Of a DNA stretch of 64,000 bases, positions 1 through 9,156 are shown one piece after another. The notes beneath the pieces are model-generated. The model did not search any database, had not been told where the DNA came from, and was given only the letters and a program-made list of their open reading frames with translations. The first letter of the stretch is position 1; each line of letters begins with the position of its first letter. This DNA is from an uncultured Solibacteraceae bacterium (GTDB lineage: Bacteria; Acidobacteriota; Terriglobia; 20CM-2-55-15), in NCBI GenBank assembly GCA_964633285.1, contig CAZWGA010000001.1:60950-124949 (forward strand), written 5' to 3'. The position numbers were made by a program, and so were the translations under genes.

Positions 1-2
1 AT

Positions 3-188
3 CTGGATGTTTATCACTGCGGCGTCATCGTACGGAGCGGCGATCGAGTGCTCCTGCGTCACGCTTCGCGGAGCCGCGCAGCCGTCGTCGAACAGGAATT
101 GAGCGAGTTTTTGAAAGCCAACCGCATGGCGGGCGTGATCGTTGTTCGCCCGGCCGAGACAGCGCGCGGAACCAGGGCACGAAGTTGA
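3..188 (+). CDS. 3' end of an upstream CDS (5'-truncated by the window edge), unknown product
   Basis: Frame 3 is open from the window start to TGA at 186-188 and translates protein-like (..VIVRSGDRVLLRH..LSEFLKANRMAGVIVVRPAE..). The stop overlaps the TTG start of the next gene (TTGA). Confidence 0.3.
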   Translation: MDVYHCGVIVRSGDRVLLRHASRSRAAVVEQELSEFLKANRMAGVIVVRPAETARGTRARS

Positions 189-1471
189 AAATCGTTTTCC
201 CGAAGGATCATTCGTCCAGTGCGATTCGAGAACTGATCGGCAGCGCCGATGGCGAAGCGATTTTCATCGGCGATCCGCGCGTTCGCATCGAACCGGTTCC
301 GGACATGTTCGATCGCATGATGGAATCGATCCGGGAGGATGATGCGGGCTGGGTCTACTCGGATGCGGCAGACCGGCCCCGAGTGGATTATCAATCGGGC
401 AGTATTCGCGACACCTTCGACTTCGGTCCCGTTGTGGGGGTATCGGTGGCAGCGGCGCGGGCGGCCAATCTCGAGAGCGATTGGAAATGGGGCGGCCTTT
501 ACGATCTGCGTCTGAGGATTTCGGAAACGCATTCCATCATCAGAATTCCCGAACCACTTTACGCCGCTTCGTTGCATGATTCGCGTCCTACCGGTGAAAA
601 ACAATTCGATTACGTCGATCCGCGCAATCGCGATTATCAAATCGAAATGGAGCAAATTGCGACATCGCATTTGAAGCGAGCCGGCGCCTGGCTCGAGCCG
701 AAATTCAAGAATGTTCCACCTCCGAAGGAACAGTTTGCTGTGAAGGCGAGCGTTGTCATTCCTGTTCGAAATCGCGAACGAACGATTTGGGATGCCGTGC
801 ACAGCGCGCTCCGCCAGCGTGTGAATTTCGAATACAACGTTATTGTTGTTGATAACCATTCAACGGATAAGACCTCGGAGATTTTGCGAAGCGCCGGCGA
901 CGCGAGGTTGGTGCATCTTATTCCGGATCAGACCGGCCTCGGGATCGGCGGCTGCTGGAATGAAGCGGTGTATTCAATGCACTGCGGGCGTTACGCGGTT
1001 CAACTGGATTCCGATGATCTGTATTCCGATGACTCGGTCCTCGGCAGGCTTGTCGCTCAGCTTGAGGCCGGCCCTTACGCAATGGTTGTCGGCTCGTACA
1101 CGATGGTTGATTTTTCGCTGCAATCGATCCCGCCCGGTCTGATCGATCATCGGGAGTGGACCCGCGAAAACGGAAGGAACAATCTGCTGCGCGTTAACGG
1201 AATGGGGGCGCCGCGCGCGTTCGACACATCTATCTTGAGAGGGATCGGCTTTCCCGATGTGAGTTACGGAGAGGACTACGCAGTTGCGCTGCGCATCAGC
1301 CGCGAATATGAGATCGGCCGGATCTACGACTCGATCTATCTTTGCCGCCGCTGGGAAGGTAACACCGACAGCGCGTTACCGCATGAGACCGCGAATCGTT
1401 ACGATGCATACAAAGACTGGTTGCGAACCGTCGAGCTTCAAGCGCGAATTTCAACTTCTTATGCTGGATGA
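185..1471 (+). CDS. Family 2 glycosyltransferase (GT-A fold)
   Basis: Motifs VVIPVRNRERTIWDAVHSALRQ..YNVIVVDNHSTDKTSEIL and a downstream DSDD-type motif (QLDSDDLYS). The TTG start overlaps the previous stop. Its stop TGA at 1469-1471 overlaps the next ATG (ATGCTGGATGA). Confidence 0.65.
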   Translation: MKIVFPKDHSSSAIRELIGSADGEAIFIGDPRVRIEPVPDMFDRMMESIREDDAGWVYSDAADRPRVDYQSGSIRDTFDFGPVVGVSVAAARAANLESDWKWGGLYDLRLRISETHSIIRIPEPLYAASLHDSRPTGEKQFDYVDPRNRDYQIEMEQIATSHLKRAGAWLEPKFKNVPPPKEQFAVKASVVIPVRNRERTIWDAVHSALRQRVNFEYNVIVVDNHSTDKTSEILRSAGDARLVHLIPDQTGLGIGGCWNEAVYSMHCGRYAVQLDSDDLYSDDSVLGRLVAQLEAGPYAMVVGSYTMVDFSLQSIPPGLIDHREWTRENGRNNLLRVNGMGAPRAFDTSILRGIGFPDVSYGEDYAVALRISREYEIGRIYDSIYLCRRWEGNTDSALPHETANRYDAYKDWLRTVELQARISTSYAG

Positions 1472-2351
1472 AATTGAAAATCTATTTGCGCGGCAGGCTA
1501 AAGCCTGGCCACGACTGACGAAAGGCCTTGAAGGTCTTGCGCGCGCGCAGACCCGGCGTGTACGCGCGGGTTGGTTCGATGTGTTTGTGCGGCACATTCC
1601 GCATCGTGCCGGCAGTACAACGGCGGCGGTCGATCCGGAATCGATTTCGAAGCGGCCGTGTTTCCTGTGCGCAGGCAATCTTGATCCTGAGCAGGAGGGA
1701 ATTGCGTTCAGCCGGGACTCCACCATTTATTGCAATCCTTTTCCGATCGTCGATCGTCATCTCACAATTGTTCATCGCGATCACGGGCTTCAGCAGATTG
1801 CCGGACAATTCGACGGCATGCTCGATTTAGCGCGTGCGTTGCCTGGATATTTTGTGATCTACAACGGTCCTGAATGCGGGGCGTCTGCGCCCGATCACAT
1901 GCACTTTCAGGCAGGTTCGCGGCAATTGTTTCCGATTGAAAACGATATGACCCACCTCGACGGCATCACCATCCCGCATTACTCGAGGAATGTGTTTGTA
2001 TTTCGCGGCGGCGACAAAAAAAGCCTGGAGACTCGAGTCGGCTTCGCCATCAGTTTGTTGCCGGTGGCCGGCAAGCAGGCCGAGCCTTTGATCAACATCG
2101 TTACGTTTTATGATGCTGAACAATGGACCGTGTTTTTGTTTCCCCGCGGCAAGCACCGGCCGGAAGTTTTTCACACGGGTGAATTGACGGTGAGCCCGGC
2201 ATCCATTGATTTGTGCGGGATCTTCGTCGCGCCATTTGAAAGGGACTTTGAGCGTATCAGCGGGAACGATATCGATTCGATATTCCGTGAAGTCACACTG
2301 CCGGATGAAATGTTTGCCGAGATCGTCCAGAAACTGGAGGCGAGGCGATGA
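1461..2351 (+). CDS. HIT/GalT-like nucleotidyl-transferase/phosphorylase-fold protein (DUF4922-like)
   Basis: H-x-H-x-Q motif in ..APDHMHFQAG.. (GalT / Ap4A-phosphorylase / GDP-hexose phosphorylase branch of the HIT superfamily). ATG at 1461 was chosen because the longer TTG-1284 ORF would overlap the GT2 gene in another frame. The stop overlaps the next gene (ATGA at 2348-2351). Confidence 0.55.
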   Translation: MLDEIENLFARQAKAWPRLTKGLEGLARAQTRRVRAGWFDVFVRHIPHRAGSTTAAVDPESISKRPCFLCAGNLDPEQEGIAFSRDSTIYCNPFPIVDRHLTIVHRDHGLQQIAGQFDGMLDLARALPGYFVIYNGPECGASAPDHMHFQAGSRQLFPIENDMTHLDGITIPHYSRNVFVFRGGDKKSLETRVGFAISLLPVAGKQAEPLINIVTFYDAEQWTVFLFPRGKHRPEVFHTGELTVSPASIDLCGIFVAPFERDFERISGNDIDSIFREVTLPDEMFAEIVQKLEARR

Positions 2352-3589
2352 ATGTGGCCGTAGGTCTGGCCGAAGGCCTCAACGTCATCGAGACGGAACT
2401 GATTGGATCGTTCAGGGATGATGCCGGGAACACGTTCGGTCCGGGCCGGCAGACATTCATGCGCGAAACGGCTCTCTATCCGGTTGAGGTTTCATCGTGC
2501 GCGTTTGCCATCGACGACATCACGATTGGGATTGGGTTTCATTGGGAGCGAAAAGAGAGGCAGGTTTTTCGGGGCTCGCTGAGGATCGTAAGAACGGAAA
2601 GAGGACTCACCGCCATTAACGACGTTTCACTTGAGGAATATGTAGCGAGTGTCATTTCATCGGAGATGAGCGCGTCTTGTCCAATGGAGTTGCTGAAAGC
2701 GCATGCCGTGATTTCGCGAAGCTGGATGTGGTTTCCGAAGGAACAATCCCACGCTCTCCAGGAGAGAGCGGCGGGTCAGTCGCAGCTTGGCACGGCGGGT
2801 GAAAGCCGGGAAATCATTCGCTGGTACGGCCGCGAGGCGCATCCGGGCTTTGACGTCTGCGCCGACGATCACTGCCAGCGTTACCAGGGAATCACGAAAG
2901 CGTTTTCGCCGTCCGTCTCGGATGCCGTTCGGGCTACAGCCGGTGAGTTCCTCTTTTATGACGGATCCATCTGCGATGCGCGATTTTCGAAATCCTGTGG
3001 CGCAATGACGGAGGTGTACTCGACCGCATGGGATGATCAGGATATTCCCTATCTGACTTCGTTGTACGACGGCCCGGGCCCATCCCCTTCCCTTGATTCC
3101 GAAACACTCATTCGATCAAATGTCCGGGCGTACTGCAATACTCGGGATTCAAAGCTGCTCAGCATCATCCTTCCCGGTTTTGATCAGGAGACTCAGGATT
3201 TCTATCGATGGTGTGTGGAATACACTCCGGAAGAAACTCAGCGGTTGATCCAATCGAAGCTGAACGTGGATCTCGGCCCGATAACCGGATTGCAGCCGCT
3301 CTCCCGTGGTCCTTCGGGGCGAATTCACCGATTGAAAATTACCGGTGAACGCGGCGATCTCGTTATCGGAAAGGAACTGGAGATACGTCGCGCGTTATCG
3401 CCATCGCATCTTTACAGTTCGGCATTCGTGGTCGACAGAGAAGCCGGTAAGTTTATTCTTCGTGGCGCGGGTTGGGGACATGGAGTAGGTCTCTGCCAGA
3501 TCGGAGCGGCAGTCATGGCAACACAGGGAAAGAATTACAGAGAAATTCTCGGACACTACTATCGTGGTGCCGGTGTTGCTACCTTCTGA
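2348..3589 (+). CDS. SpoIID/LytB domain protein (putative peptidoglycan hydrolase or amidase enhancer)
   Basis: Long SpoIID-like central/C-terminal region (..HCQRYQG.., ..GAGWGHGVGLCQIGAAVMA..). Translationally coupled to the two upstream genes. Confidence 0.7.
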   Translation: MNVAVGLAEGLNVIETELIGSFRDDAGNTFGPGRQTFMRETALYPVEVSSCAFAIDDITIGIGFHWERKERQVFRGSLRIVRTERGLTAINDVSLEEYVASVISSEMSASCPMELLKAHAVISRSWMWFPKEQSHALQERAAGQSQLGTAGESREIIRWYGREAHPGFDVCADDHCQRYQGITKAFSPSVSDAVRATAGEFLFYDGSICDARFSKSCGAMTEVYSTAWDDQDIPYLTSLYDGPGPSPSLDSETLIRSNVRAYCNTRDSKLLSIILPGFDQETQDFYRWCVEYTPEETQRLIQSKLNVDLGPITGLQPLSRGPSGRIHRLKITGERGDLVIGKELEIRRALSPSHLYSSAFVVDREAGKFILRGAGWGHGVGLCQIGAAVMATQGKNYREILGHYYRGAGVATF

Positions 3590-4415
3590 CGTTGGTCGCG
3601 AGTCCGACGGCCTCCAGGCCTCGAATGACATACCATCCGATATCGACCTGCCACCAATGCCGGCTGAAGCGGGCGGATACTGGGCGCGAATGATGATTGC
3701 CGTGCCAGTTTTCGCCCCAGGCCGTCATTTGCAGAGGGCCAAGCCACCAGATGTTCTGGCTGGAGTCGACGCCTTCAGGCAAACCGGGCTTAAGGTGAAG
3801 CAGACTGTTCACGAAGCATTGCATGTGCAGGCAATAAAGAAGCCGTAGAGTTCCGAGCCAGAAGAAACCTGCCCATCCGAAAACGAAATATCCGAAGCAA
3901 AGGGAAATCGCGACGAGGGGAATTTGCAGTTTGGCCCAGAACATGTATCGAGGCTTCATCATGTCCGGGCACCACTTCGACATACTGGATGGTTCCCATT
4001 GATAGAGCCATCGGAGGTGTGCCCACCAGAAACCGCCATGACGTGGACTGGAGACATCGTCCACGGTATCCGAGTTGGCGTGATGGTTTCGGTGATTTGC
4101 GATCCACGTGCTTGGCGCCCCGGAGGCATTGAATACCGCGAAGAAAATCAGGATCTGCTCGACAACGGGATTCACTTTCACGGCCCGGTGCGCGAGGCCG
4201 CGATGATAAGCCAGCGTGGTTCCAAGACCGCCGGCTGACGCTATTGCAAGAGCAGAGAGAAAAATCCTCCAGCCGGGAAGCGGATAAAGAATTAAGCCGA
4301 TAACACCTAAAATATGGATTGAAACCAGGAAGATCATGACCCAGAAGTTTTCGCCGTCGGCTTTCCACCACGGGAGTGTCCAGGGATGTTTTTCGGCTAA
4401 TGCCGATCTACTCAT
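3579..4415 (-). CDS. Membrane fatty-acid desaturase (acyl-CoA/acyl-lipid delta9-type, three His-box)
   Basis: His boxes HRGLAH, HRNHH and HGNHH, plus several TM segments. ATG at 4415 is preceded by AGGAGG (4430..4425) with a 9-nt spacer. The longer ORF to 4622 was rejected. Confidence 0.8.
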   Translation of the reverse strand: MSRSALAEKHPWTLPWWKADGENFWVMIFLVSIHILGVIGLILYPLPGWRIFLSALAIASAGGLGTTLAYHRGLAHRAVKVNPVVEQILIFFAVFNASGAPSTWIANHRNHHANSDTVDDVSSPRHGGFWWAHLRWLYQWEPSSMSKWCPDMMKPRYMFWAKLQIPLVAISLCFGYFVFGWAGFFWLGTLRLLYCLHMQCFVNSLLHLKPGLPEGVDSSQNIWWLGPLQMTAWGENWHGNHHSRPVSARFSRHWWQVDIGWYVIRGLEAVGLATNVRR

Positions 4416-4525
4416 TCGCAGATTCCTCCTCAAGCACAAAGACGGAAATACTAGCATGTCCAAGGGTTTCTGCAGGGAGAAAACTTTTGTGATATGAACA
4501 GTTTTTGTGTTTGACTTACCCTGCC

Positions 4526-5320
4526 ATGCGCATCGACCCACAAAAATGTGTCGCCTGCGGCAACTGCGTGCCGGTCTGCCCGATGGGCGCCATTTCGATC
4601 GACCCGGAAAAGAACAGGGCATTCGTCAACGCCGATGAATGCGTTGAATGCTACTCGTGTTTTCGCGGTATGAGCATGGAGAAGCTCAATCCGACCCTGG
4701 TTCGCGGGATCCGGCGGGTTCTGAAGACGCTTCGATTGCGCTTTGATCCTGAGCCGGATGTCTGTCCCACGTCAGCCATCACGCCTGAAGAACTGGCCTG
4801 GCCGCGCATTGTGCGGCGCGCCTTCAGTGATCCGATCGTGACGCATGAAAGTACGGGTGTCCATGGACGCGGAACCGAAGAAGTGAAGACAAATGATGTC
4901 ACGAACCGGGTGGGAAGGGGGGAAGTCGGATACGTCGTCGAATTCGGCCGGCCGACTGTCGGAGTTCGCTTCCGGGATATCGAAAAAATGACGAAGGCGC
5001 TCGCGGCGCTGGGTATCGAATTCGAGCCGAAGAATCCGGTGACTCATATGATGACCGACAAAAGGATCGGCAAGCTGCGCGACGATATTCTCGACGAAAA
5101 GATTCTGTCGGCCATTGTCGAATTCAAAACGAAAATCGAAAACGTGCCGGCGGTTTTGAGGCGCGTTGATGAAGTTTCGAAGACGCTGAACACCGTTGTA
5201 TCCGTCGGTGTAGCGACGCGCTGCGATGAGCGCGGAGACAGCGCGCTGGACGCTGTTCTGGCTGAAGAAGGATTTTCGTTCTCCCGGGGTAAAACCAACC
5301 TGGGGCTGGGGCGCGCATGA
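4526..5320 (+). CDS. 4Fe-4S dicluster ferredoxin-domain protein with a C-terminal domain of unknown function
   Basis: N-terminal CxxCxxCxxxCP ... CxxCxxC (CVACGNCVPVCP, CVECYSC). Start ambiguous (TTG 4505 or ATG 4526). Its stop overlaps the next ATG (ATGA at 5317). Confidence 0.5.
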   Translation: MRIDPQKCVACGNCVPVCPMGAISIDPEKNRAFVNADECVECYSCFRGMSMEKLNPTLVRGIRRVLKTLRLRFDPEPDVCPTSAITPEELAWPRIVRRAFSDPIVTHESTGVHGRGTEEVKTNDVTNRVGRGEVGYVVEFGRPTVGVRFRDIEKMTKALAALGIEFEPKNPVTHMMTDKRIGKLRDDILDEKILSAIVEFKTKIENVPAVLRRVDEVSKTLNTVVSVGVATRCDERGDSALDAVLAEEGFSFSRGKTNLGLGRA

Positions 5321-5976
5321 CGAATACGCTTCACCGGTACGGAACGGCGGAAAGCTTTGACGACGACTTCATCGTATTCGCGATTCCGGCGCGAGGCATC
5401 AACGACGGAAATGCGGTCGAACAACAGCGCCGGTTTCTCGAAATCGCACGAAAGCACAAGCCCGTCAATATGGGCGATGCCAGTCATGGCGCGATCTTTC
5501 ATCCTTCAAAGGAATTAAATCCGCTTGTCCATTGGCAGCGCGAAACCGCGCCTGACATCGAGGGCGTAGTGCAGTGCGTATCATGCCCATCGACAGTCGC
5601 AGCCGTCTTTGATTCGCAGGAAAACGTTGTCGCCTTCATCAGGGAACTGCGACAGGCGGATCTGGGCCTGTCCATCAATATCAGCGCCGCACTCGACAAA
5701 GCTCAGGAGTGCGCCCGCCGCGCGGGTATTGAGCGGCACAGTGTGGAGTATTCGCTGGGATTTTTCGGTCAAACGGATCGTATGGCGGAACGGCAGACCC
5801 TGGAACTCGCCACAATGTGCGGTCACGGCATGCTGTCATTCAATTTTGTCCGGAAGCTGGTTGAATGGGTCAAACAGGGCCGCCGGACACCCGAAGAAGC
5901 TTCCGCCGCCATGGCCCGCTTCTGCAGTTGCGGAGTCTTCAATCCAGCCCGCGCCTGCCGCCTGCTGAGGAAGTAA
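5317..5976 (+). CDS. Hypothetical Cys-containing protein, co-operonic with the ferredoxin-domain protein
   Basis: 219-aa ORF with protein-like composition and coupled start/stop. Contains CVSC, CGHGM and CSCG..C motifs. No recognisable family. Confidence 0.45.
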   Translation: MTNTLHRYGTAESFDDDFIVFAIPARGINDGNAVEQQRRFLEIARKHKPVNMGDASHGAIFHPSKELNPLVHWQRETAPDIEGVVQCVSCPSTVAAVFDSQENVVAFIRELRQADLGLSINISAALDKAQECARRAGIERHSVEYSLGFFGQTDRMAERQTLELATMCGHGMLSFNFVRKLVEWVKQGRRTPEEASAAMARFCSCGVFNPARACRLLRK

Positions 5977-5991
5977 TTCAGTGCCCTCGAA

Positions 5992-6234
5992 TTATTTCTT
6001 CTTGGCGTATTTGTCGGGTTCTTTCTTGAATTTTTCCATGTCTGCTTTGGAGCAGAAGTAGTACGTCTCGCCCTTGTAGCTGGTGGAAAGATTCGGATCC
6101 TTATCAACCATGATTCCGCAGACGGGATCTTTGGCTTTTTCTGGAGCTTTCTTTCCCTGAGTTTGAGCCAGAACTGCCATGGATGTGGCCGCCAGAACCA
6201 CGATCAACGCTACGGCCAGAATATTTCGTCTCAT
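5992..6234 (-). CDS. Small secreted YHS/TRASH-domain (metal-binding) protein
   Basis: Signal peptide MRRNILAVALIVVLAATSMAVLAQ. YHS-like motif PVCGIMVDKD...ETYYFCS. Confidence 0.55.
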   Translation of the reverse strand: MRRNILAVALIVVLAATSMAVLAQTQGKKAPEKAKDPVCGIMVDKDPNLSTSYKGETYYFCSKADMEKFKKEPDKYAKKK

Positions 6235-6336
6235 TTACAACTACCTCCGGTTTATCAAGCCTAATGAAATAACTTTAAAAATGCTCATTCTTCAAGAAGA
6301 ATCTCTTCGTCCAGACCCAAAAGGAGGAGAGGGTTT

Positions 6337-7413
6337 ATGCGCATAGGGATATTGACGGGCGGTGGAGATTGCCCTGCCCTGAACGCCGTGATCCGTGCTG
6401 CGGTTAAAACCAGCGTGGGTTTCGGATGGGAGGTTCTCGGTATCGAGGAGGGCTTCGACGGACTCGTGCACTGCCGGACACGAACGATGACCACGTCGAG
6501 CGTTTCCGGAATTCTTCATCTGGGCGGCACCATCCTGGGGACAACGAATGCGGCAAATCCTTTTTCGTATCCCATGCCCGGCGAAGGGGGCAAGACCGTC
6601 GAGCGGGATATTTCGGATACGGTTGTCGCCAATTTCACGAAGCTTGGCCTGGATGCTTTGATTGTCATCGGTGGCGACGGAACGCTGGGGATCGCCGACA
6701 AATTCTACGAGAAGGGAATCCCTCTTGTTGGAGTTCCGAAGACGATCGACAACGATATCGGCGGCACGGTCATCACATTTGGTTTCGATACCGCGGTCAA
6801 TACCGCACGCGATGCTCTCGATAAACTTCATACGACCGCGGAGAGTCATCGCCGCGTAATGGTCGTCGAAGTGATGGGCCGGCATGCGGGATGGATTGCA
6901 ATGCATTCGGGAATTGCCGGCGGAGCCGACATAATTCTGATTCCCGAGATTCCTTATGATGCCGAGAAGGTTGCCGAGAGCATTATGCATCGTGAACGAT
7001 TGGGTAAACATTTCAGTATTGTTGTTGTCGCCGAAGGCGCATTTCCCCGCGGCGGATCGCTGACTCACGCCGAAGGAAAACACGCCGGCCGCGAACAGCG
7101 TCTTGGAGGCGTCGGTGACCGTGTGGGTTCCTTTATCACCGAATTGACGGGGAAAGAAACTCGGGTCGTTGTCCTCGGTCACCTTCAAAGAGGGGGACCG
7201 CCGACAACGTTCGATCGCGTCCTGGGTACTCGTTTCGGAGCTGCTGCCGCCCGATTGATTCGCAAAGGCGCTTTTGGCCGCATGGTCGCGCTGATGCCTC
7301 CGGATGTCGAATCGGTCCCCATCCGGGAAGCCATCGGAAAGATGAAAACCGTTCCAATCGATAACGACATCATTGAATCCGCGCGCGAAATCGGGATCTG
7401 CTTTGGCGACTGA
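6337..7413 (+). CDS. pfkA: 6-phosphofructokinase (ATP- or PPi-dependent)
   Basis: MRIGILTGGGDCPALNAVIRA.., IVIGGDGTLG, MGRHAGWIA. RBS AAGGAGGAG lies upstream. Confidence 0.9.
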   Translation: MRIGILTGGGDCPALNAVIRAAVKTSVGFGWEVLGIEEGFDGLVHCRTRTMTTSSVSGILHLGGTILGTTNAANPFSYPMPGEGGKTVERDISDTVVANFTKLGLDALIVIGGDGTLGIADKFYEKGIPLVGVPKTIDNDIGGTVITFGFDTAVNTARDALDKLHTTAESHRRVMVVEVMGRHAGWIAMHSGIAGGADIILIPEIPYDAEKVAESIMHRERLGKHFSIVVVAEGAFPRGGSLTHAEGKHAGREQRLGGVGDRVGSFITELTGKETRVVVLGHLQRGGPPTTFDRVLGTRFGAAAARLIRKGAFGRMVALMPPDVESVPIREAIGKMKTVPIDNDIIESAREIGICFGD

Positions 7414-7455
7414 ATCGCGGCTACCGGCTGCAGCTACACCTGTTTTGGACGGCGG

Positions 7456-8634
7456 TCAATGCCTGACGTTTCGATAAACAAAGGCAATCATCAGTAAATA
7501 GACCACAGCATTGAAGATAAAGATTGCCCGGATGCTGAGGCCCGCGATGGATCCTGCGATGATCGGTCCGGCTGCGCCTCCCAGCATGCTTGTTCCTGAC
7601 AGCATGGCGAACCCGGTTCCCCGGTGTTCTCCGGGAATCACATGATGTGCCGCGCTCAATGCCAATGTCAGCGTGCCTCCTGCCAGCAAAGCCAGAGCGA
7701 CCCGCAGAATCGAGAATTCCCCGGTTGACCGGACGGCGACCATCGGCACCAGAACCAGGATACTCAGCACAAGCCGGACTGTAATCAGCCGGCGCAGCGA
7801 TACGCGCGCAGCGAGTTTTCCCGACATCCATGACGAAAGCGCTTCGCCAAATGCGGCAATCGAAATTAGTGCGCCCGAGATCAGCTCAAGACGGAATCGC
7901 GGAGTACCCAGTTCCTCGAGGAACAGCGGAATAATCGGCCCGAACGTGCGATCCGCCATGTTCACGAAAAAGAGAATCATCAGCGTTGTGAAATATTCAG
8001 GGCGTTTCCAGAAGCCGGCTGTCGCTGCGTGCTGTTCGTCGCGTTCCGCCGAATGGGGCAACCGCTCATCGCGATAAAGAAGAAGGATGCTGAGAAACGA
8101 TCCGAAGTTGATGATCCCGGTAATCAGAAACGTATTCCGGATGCCGATGTAGTGTGCGAGATATCCGCCGAAAAAAGGTCCGAGAGCGGCGCTGAGAATC
8201 TGGACTGACTGCAGCGTTCCGATGATCGACGGAACCTTCTCCTTCGGCGCCAGTTGAGTGACAAGCGCGACCGCGACGTTGGTGAAACCGCCGAGCAGGC
8301 CAAGGAGAATCCGAAGAATAAAGAGCTGCCAGACATTGTGCACGAAGCCCATCAGAAACCAGAACACGCTGTTGGCGAGCGTCGCGCGCGTGGCGATGAT
8401 TTTCATGCCGCGGCGGTCGCCGATTCGTCCCCACAAGGGTCCCATCAGAGCGGCCATCAACGGACTGGCGCTCAGGATCAATCCGCTCCAGAAAGCGATC
8501 CCTCCGGTGGATTCAACGCCAAGCTCGCGAACGTAAATCGGGAGAAACGACATGACGAGCGTGTATCCGAAATTCATGAACGCGCCCGAAATCGTGACGG
8601 CGATTTGGTTTTTTCGCCACTGTGGCTGAGCCAT
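7456..8634 (-). CDS. MFS transporter
   Basis: About 12 predicted TM helices. MFS-like loop motif G..GDRRGMK. Confidence 0.8.
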   Translation of the reverse strand: MAQPQWRKNQIAVTISGAFMNFGYTLVMSFLPIYVRELGVESTGGIAFWSGLILSASPLMAALMGPLWGRIGDRRGMKIIATRATLANSVFWFLMGFVHNVWQLFILRILLGLLGGFTNVAVALVTQLAPKEKVPSIIGTLQSVQILSAALGPFFGGYLAHYIGIRNTFLITGIINFGSFLSILLLYRDERLPHSAERDEQHAATAGFWKRPEYFTTLMILFFVNMADRTFGPIIPLFLEELGTPRFRLELISGALISIAAFGEALSSWMSGKLAARVSLRRLITVRLVLSILVLVPMVAVRSTGEFSILRVALALLAGGTLTLALSAAHHVIPGEHRGTGFAMLSGTSMLGGAAGPIIAGSIAGLSIRAIFIFNAVVYLLMIAFVYRNVRH

Positions 8635-8637
8635 CAG

Positions 8638-9156
8638 CTATCGGAGGATTCGGAGGAGACCGAGAATAGACTTCGCATCCTGAATGCGGCCGTCGTCCAC
8701 CATTTGAAGCGCCTGCGAACGGCTGATGATGTCCACTTCGATGACTTCATCTTCGTCGGGATTGATCTGTGTTTTTGTAAGGCCGGAAGCCTCGTAAAGA
8801 TACATGAACTCGGAGGTGAATCCTGGGGTGGTCCAGAATTTTGAAATCTCGGTCATGGTTGAAGCGAGATATCCGGTTTCTTCTTCGAGTTCCCGGATGG
8901 CGCATTCCCGCGGATCTTCGCCTTTGTGCAGGGTGCCGGCGGGAATCTCAAGCAACTCGCGGCCGATGGCATGCCGATATTGCCGAATCAGGATGACCTG
9001 ATCCGGAGCCGGCCTTGCCACGATGCACACCGCGCCGGGGTGAACCACAAGTTCGCGCGACGTTTCGTGTCCGGCCGGTTCGATCACGCGATCTTTCCGC
9101 ACCTGAATGTAGCCGTTGTAAACAATCTCCTGCTGGAGGATCTTCGCCTCGCTCAT
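8638..9156 (-). CDS. NUDIX hydrolase (ADP-ribose pyrophosphatase-like)
   Basis: Nudix box GTLHKGEDPRECAIRELEEETGY. Overlaps argD by 4 nt. Confidence 0.85.
   Translation of the reverse strand: MSEAKILQQEIVYNGYIQVRKDRVIEPAGHETSRELVVHPGAVCIVARPAPDQVILIRQYRHAIGRELLEIPAGTLHKGEDPRECAIRELEEETGYLASTMTEISKFWTTPGFTSEFMYLYEASGLTKTQINPDEDEVIEVDIISRSQALQMVDDGRIQDAKSILGLLRILR

Noticed and set aside
59-859. Long antisense ORFs overlapping confidently assigned genes (for example 59..859-, 9015..10241+, 11057..11767-, 12143..12985-, 13777..14904-, 19078..20349+, 20906..22366-, 28607..29251-, 45173..46258-, 59663..60898-)
   Set aside because: They are shadow ORFs typical of high-GC DNA. Their translations are Arg/Pro/Gly-rich and low in complexity, and the opposite strand carries clear homology-bearing genes.
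1284-1460. N-terminal extension of the HIT-like gene from TTG 1284
   Set aside because: It would overlap the GT2 gene by 188 nt in another frame and translates to Arg/Ala-rich low-complexity sequence. ATG 1461 gives a clean 11-nt coupling overlap.
3590-4622. Longer desaturase ORF up to 4622 and the antisense ORF 3790..4371
   Set aside because: The N-terminal extension is low-complexity (Arg/Cys/Pro-rich). A strong AGGAGG RBS precedes ATG 4415, which starts directly at a hydrophobic TM segment typical of desaturases.
7414-7455. Possible intrinsic terminator after pfkA (GCTGCAGC palindrome)
   Set aside because: It is only an 8-bp palindrome with no stable stem or U-tract. Not supported.
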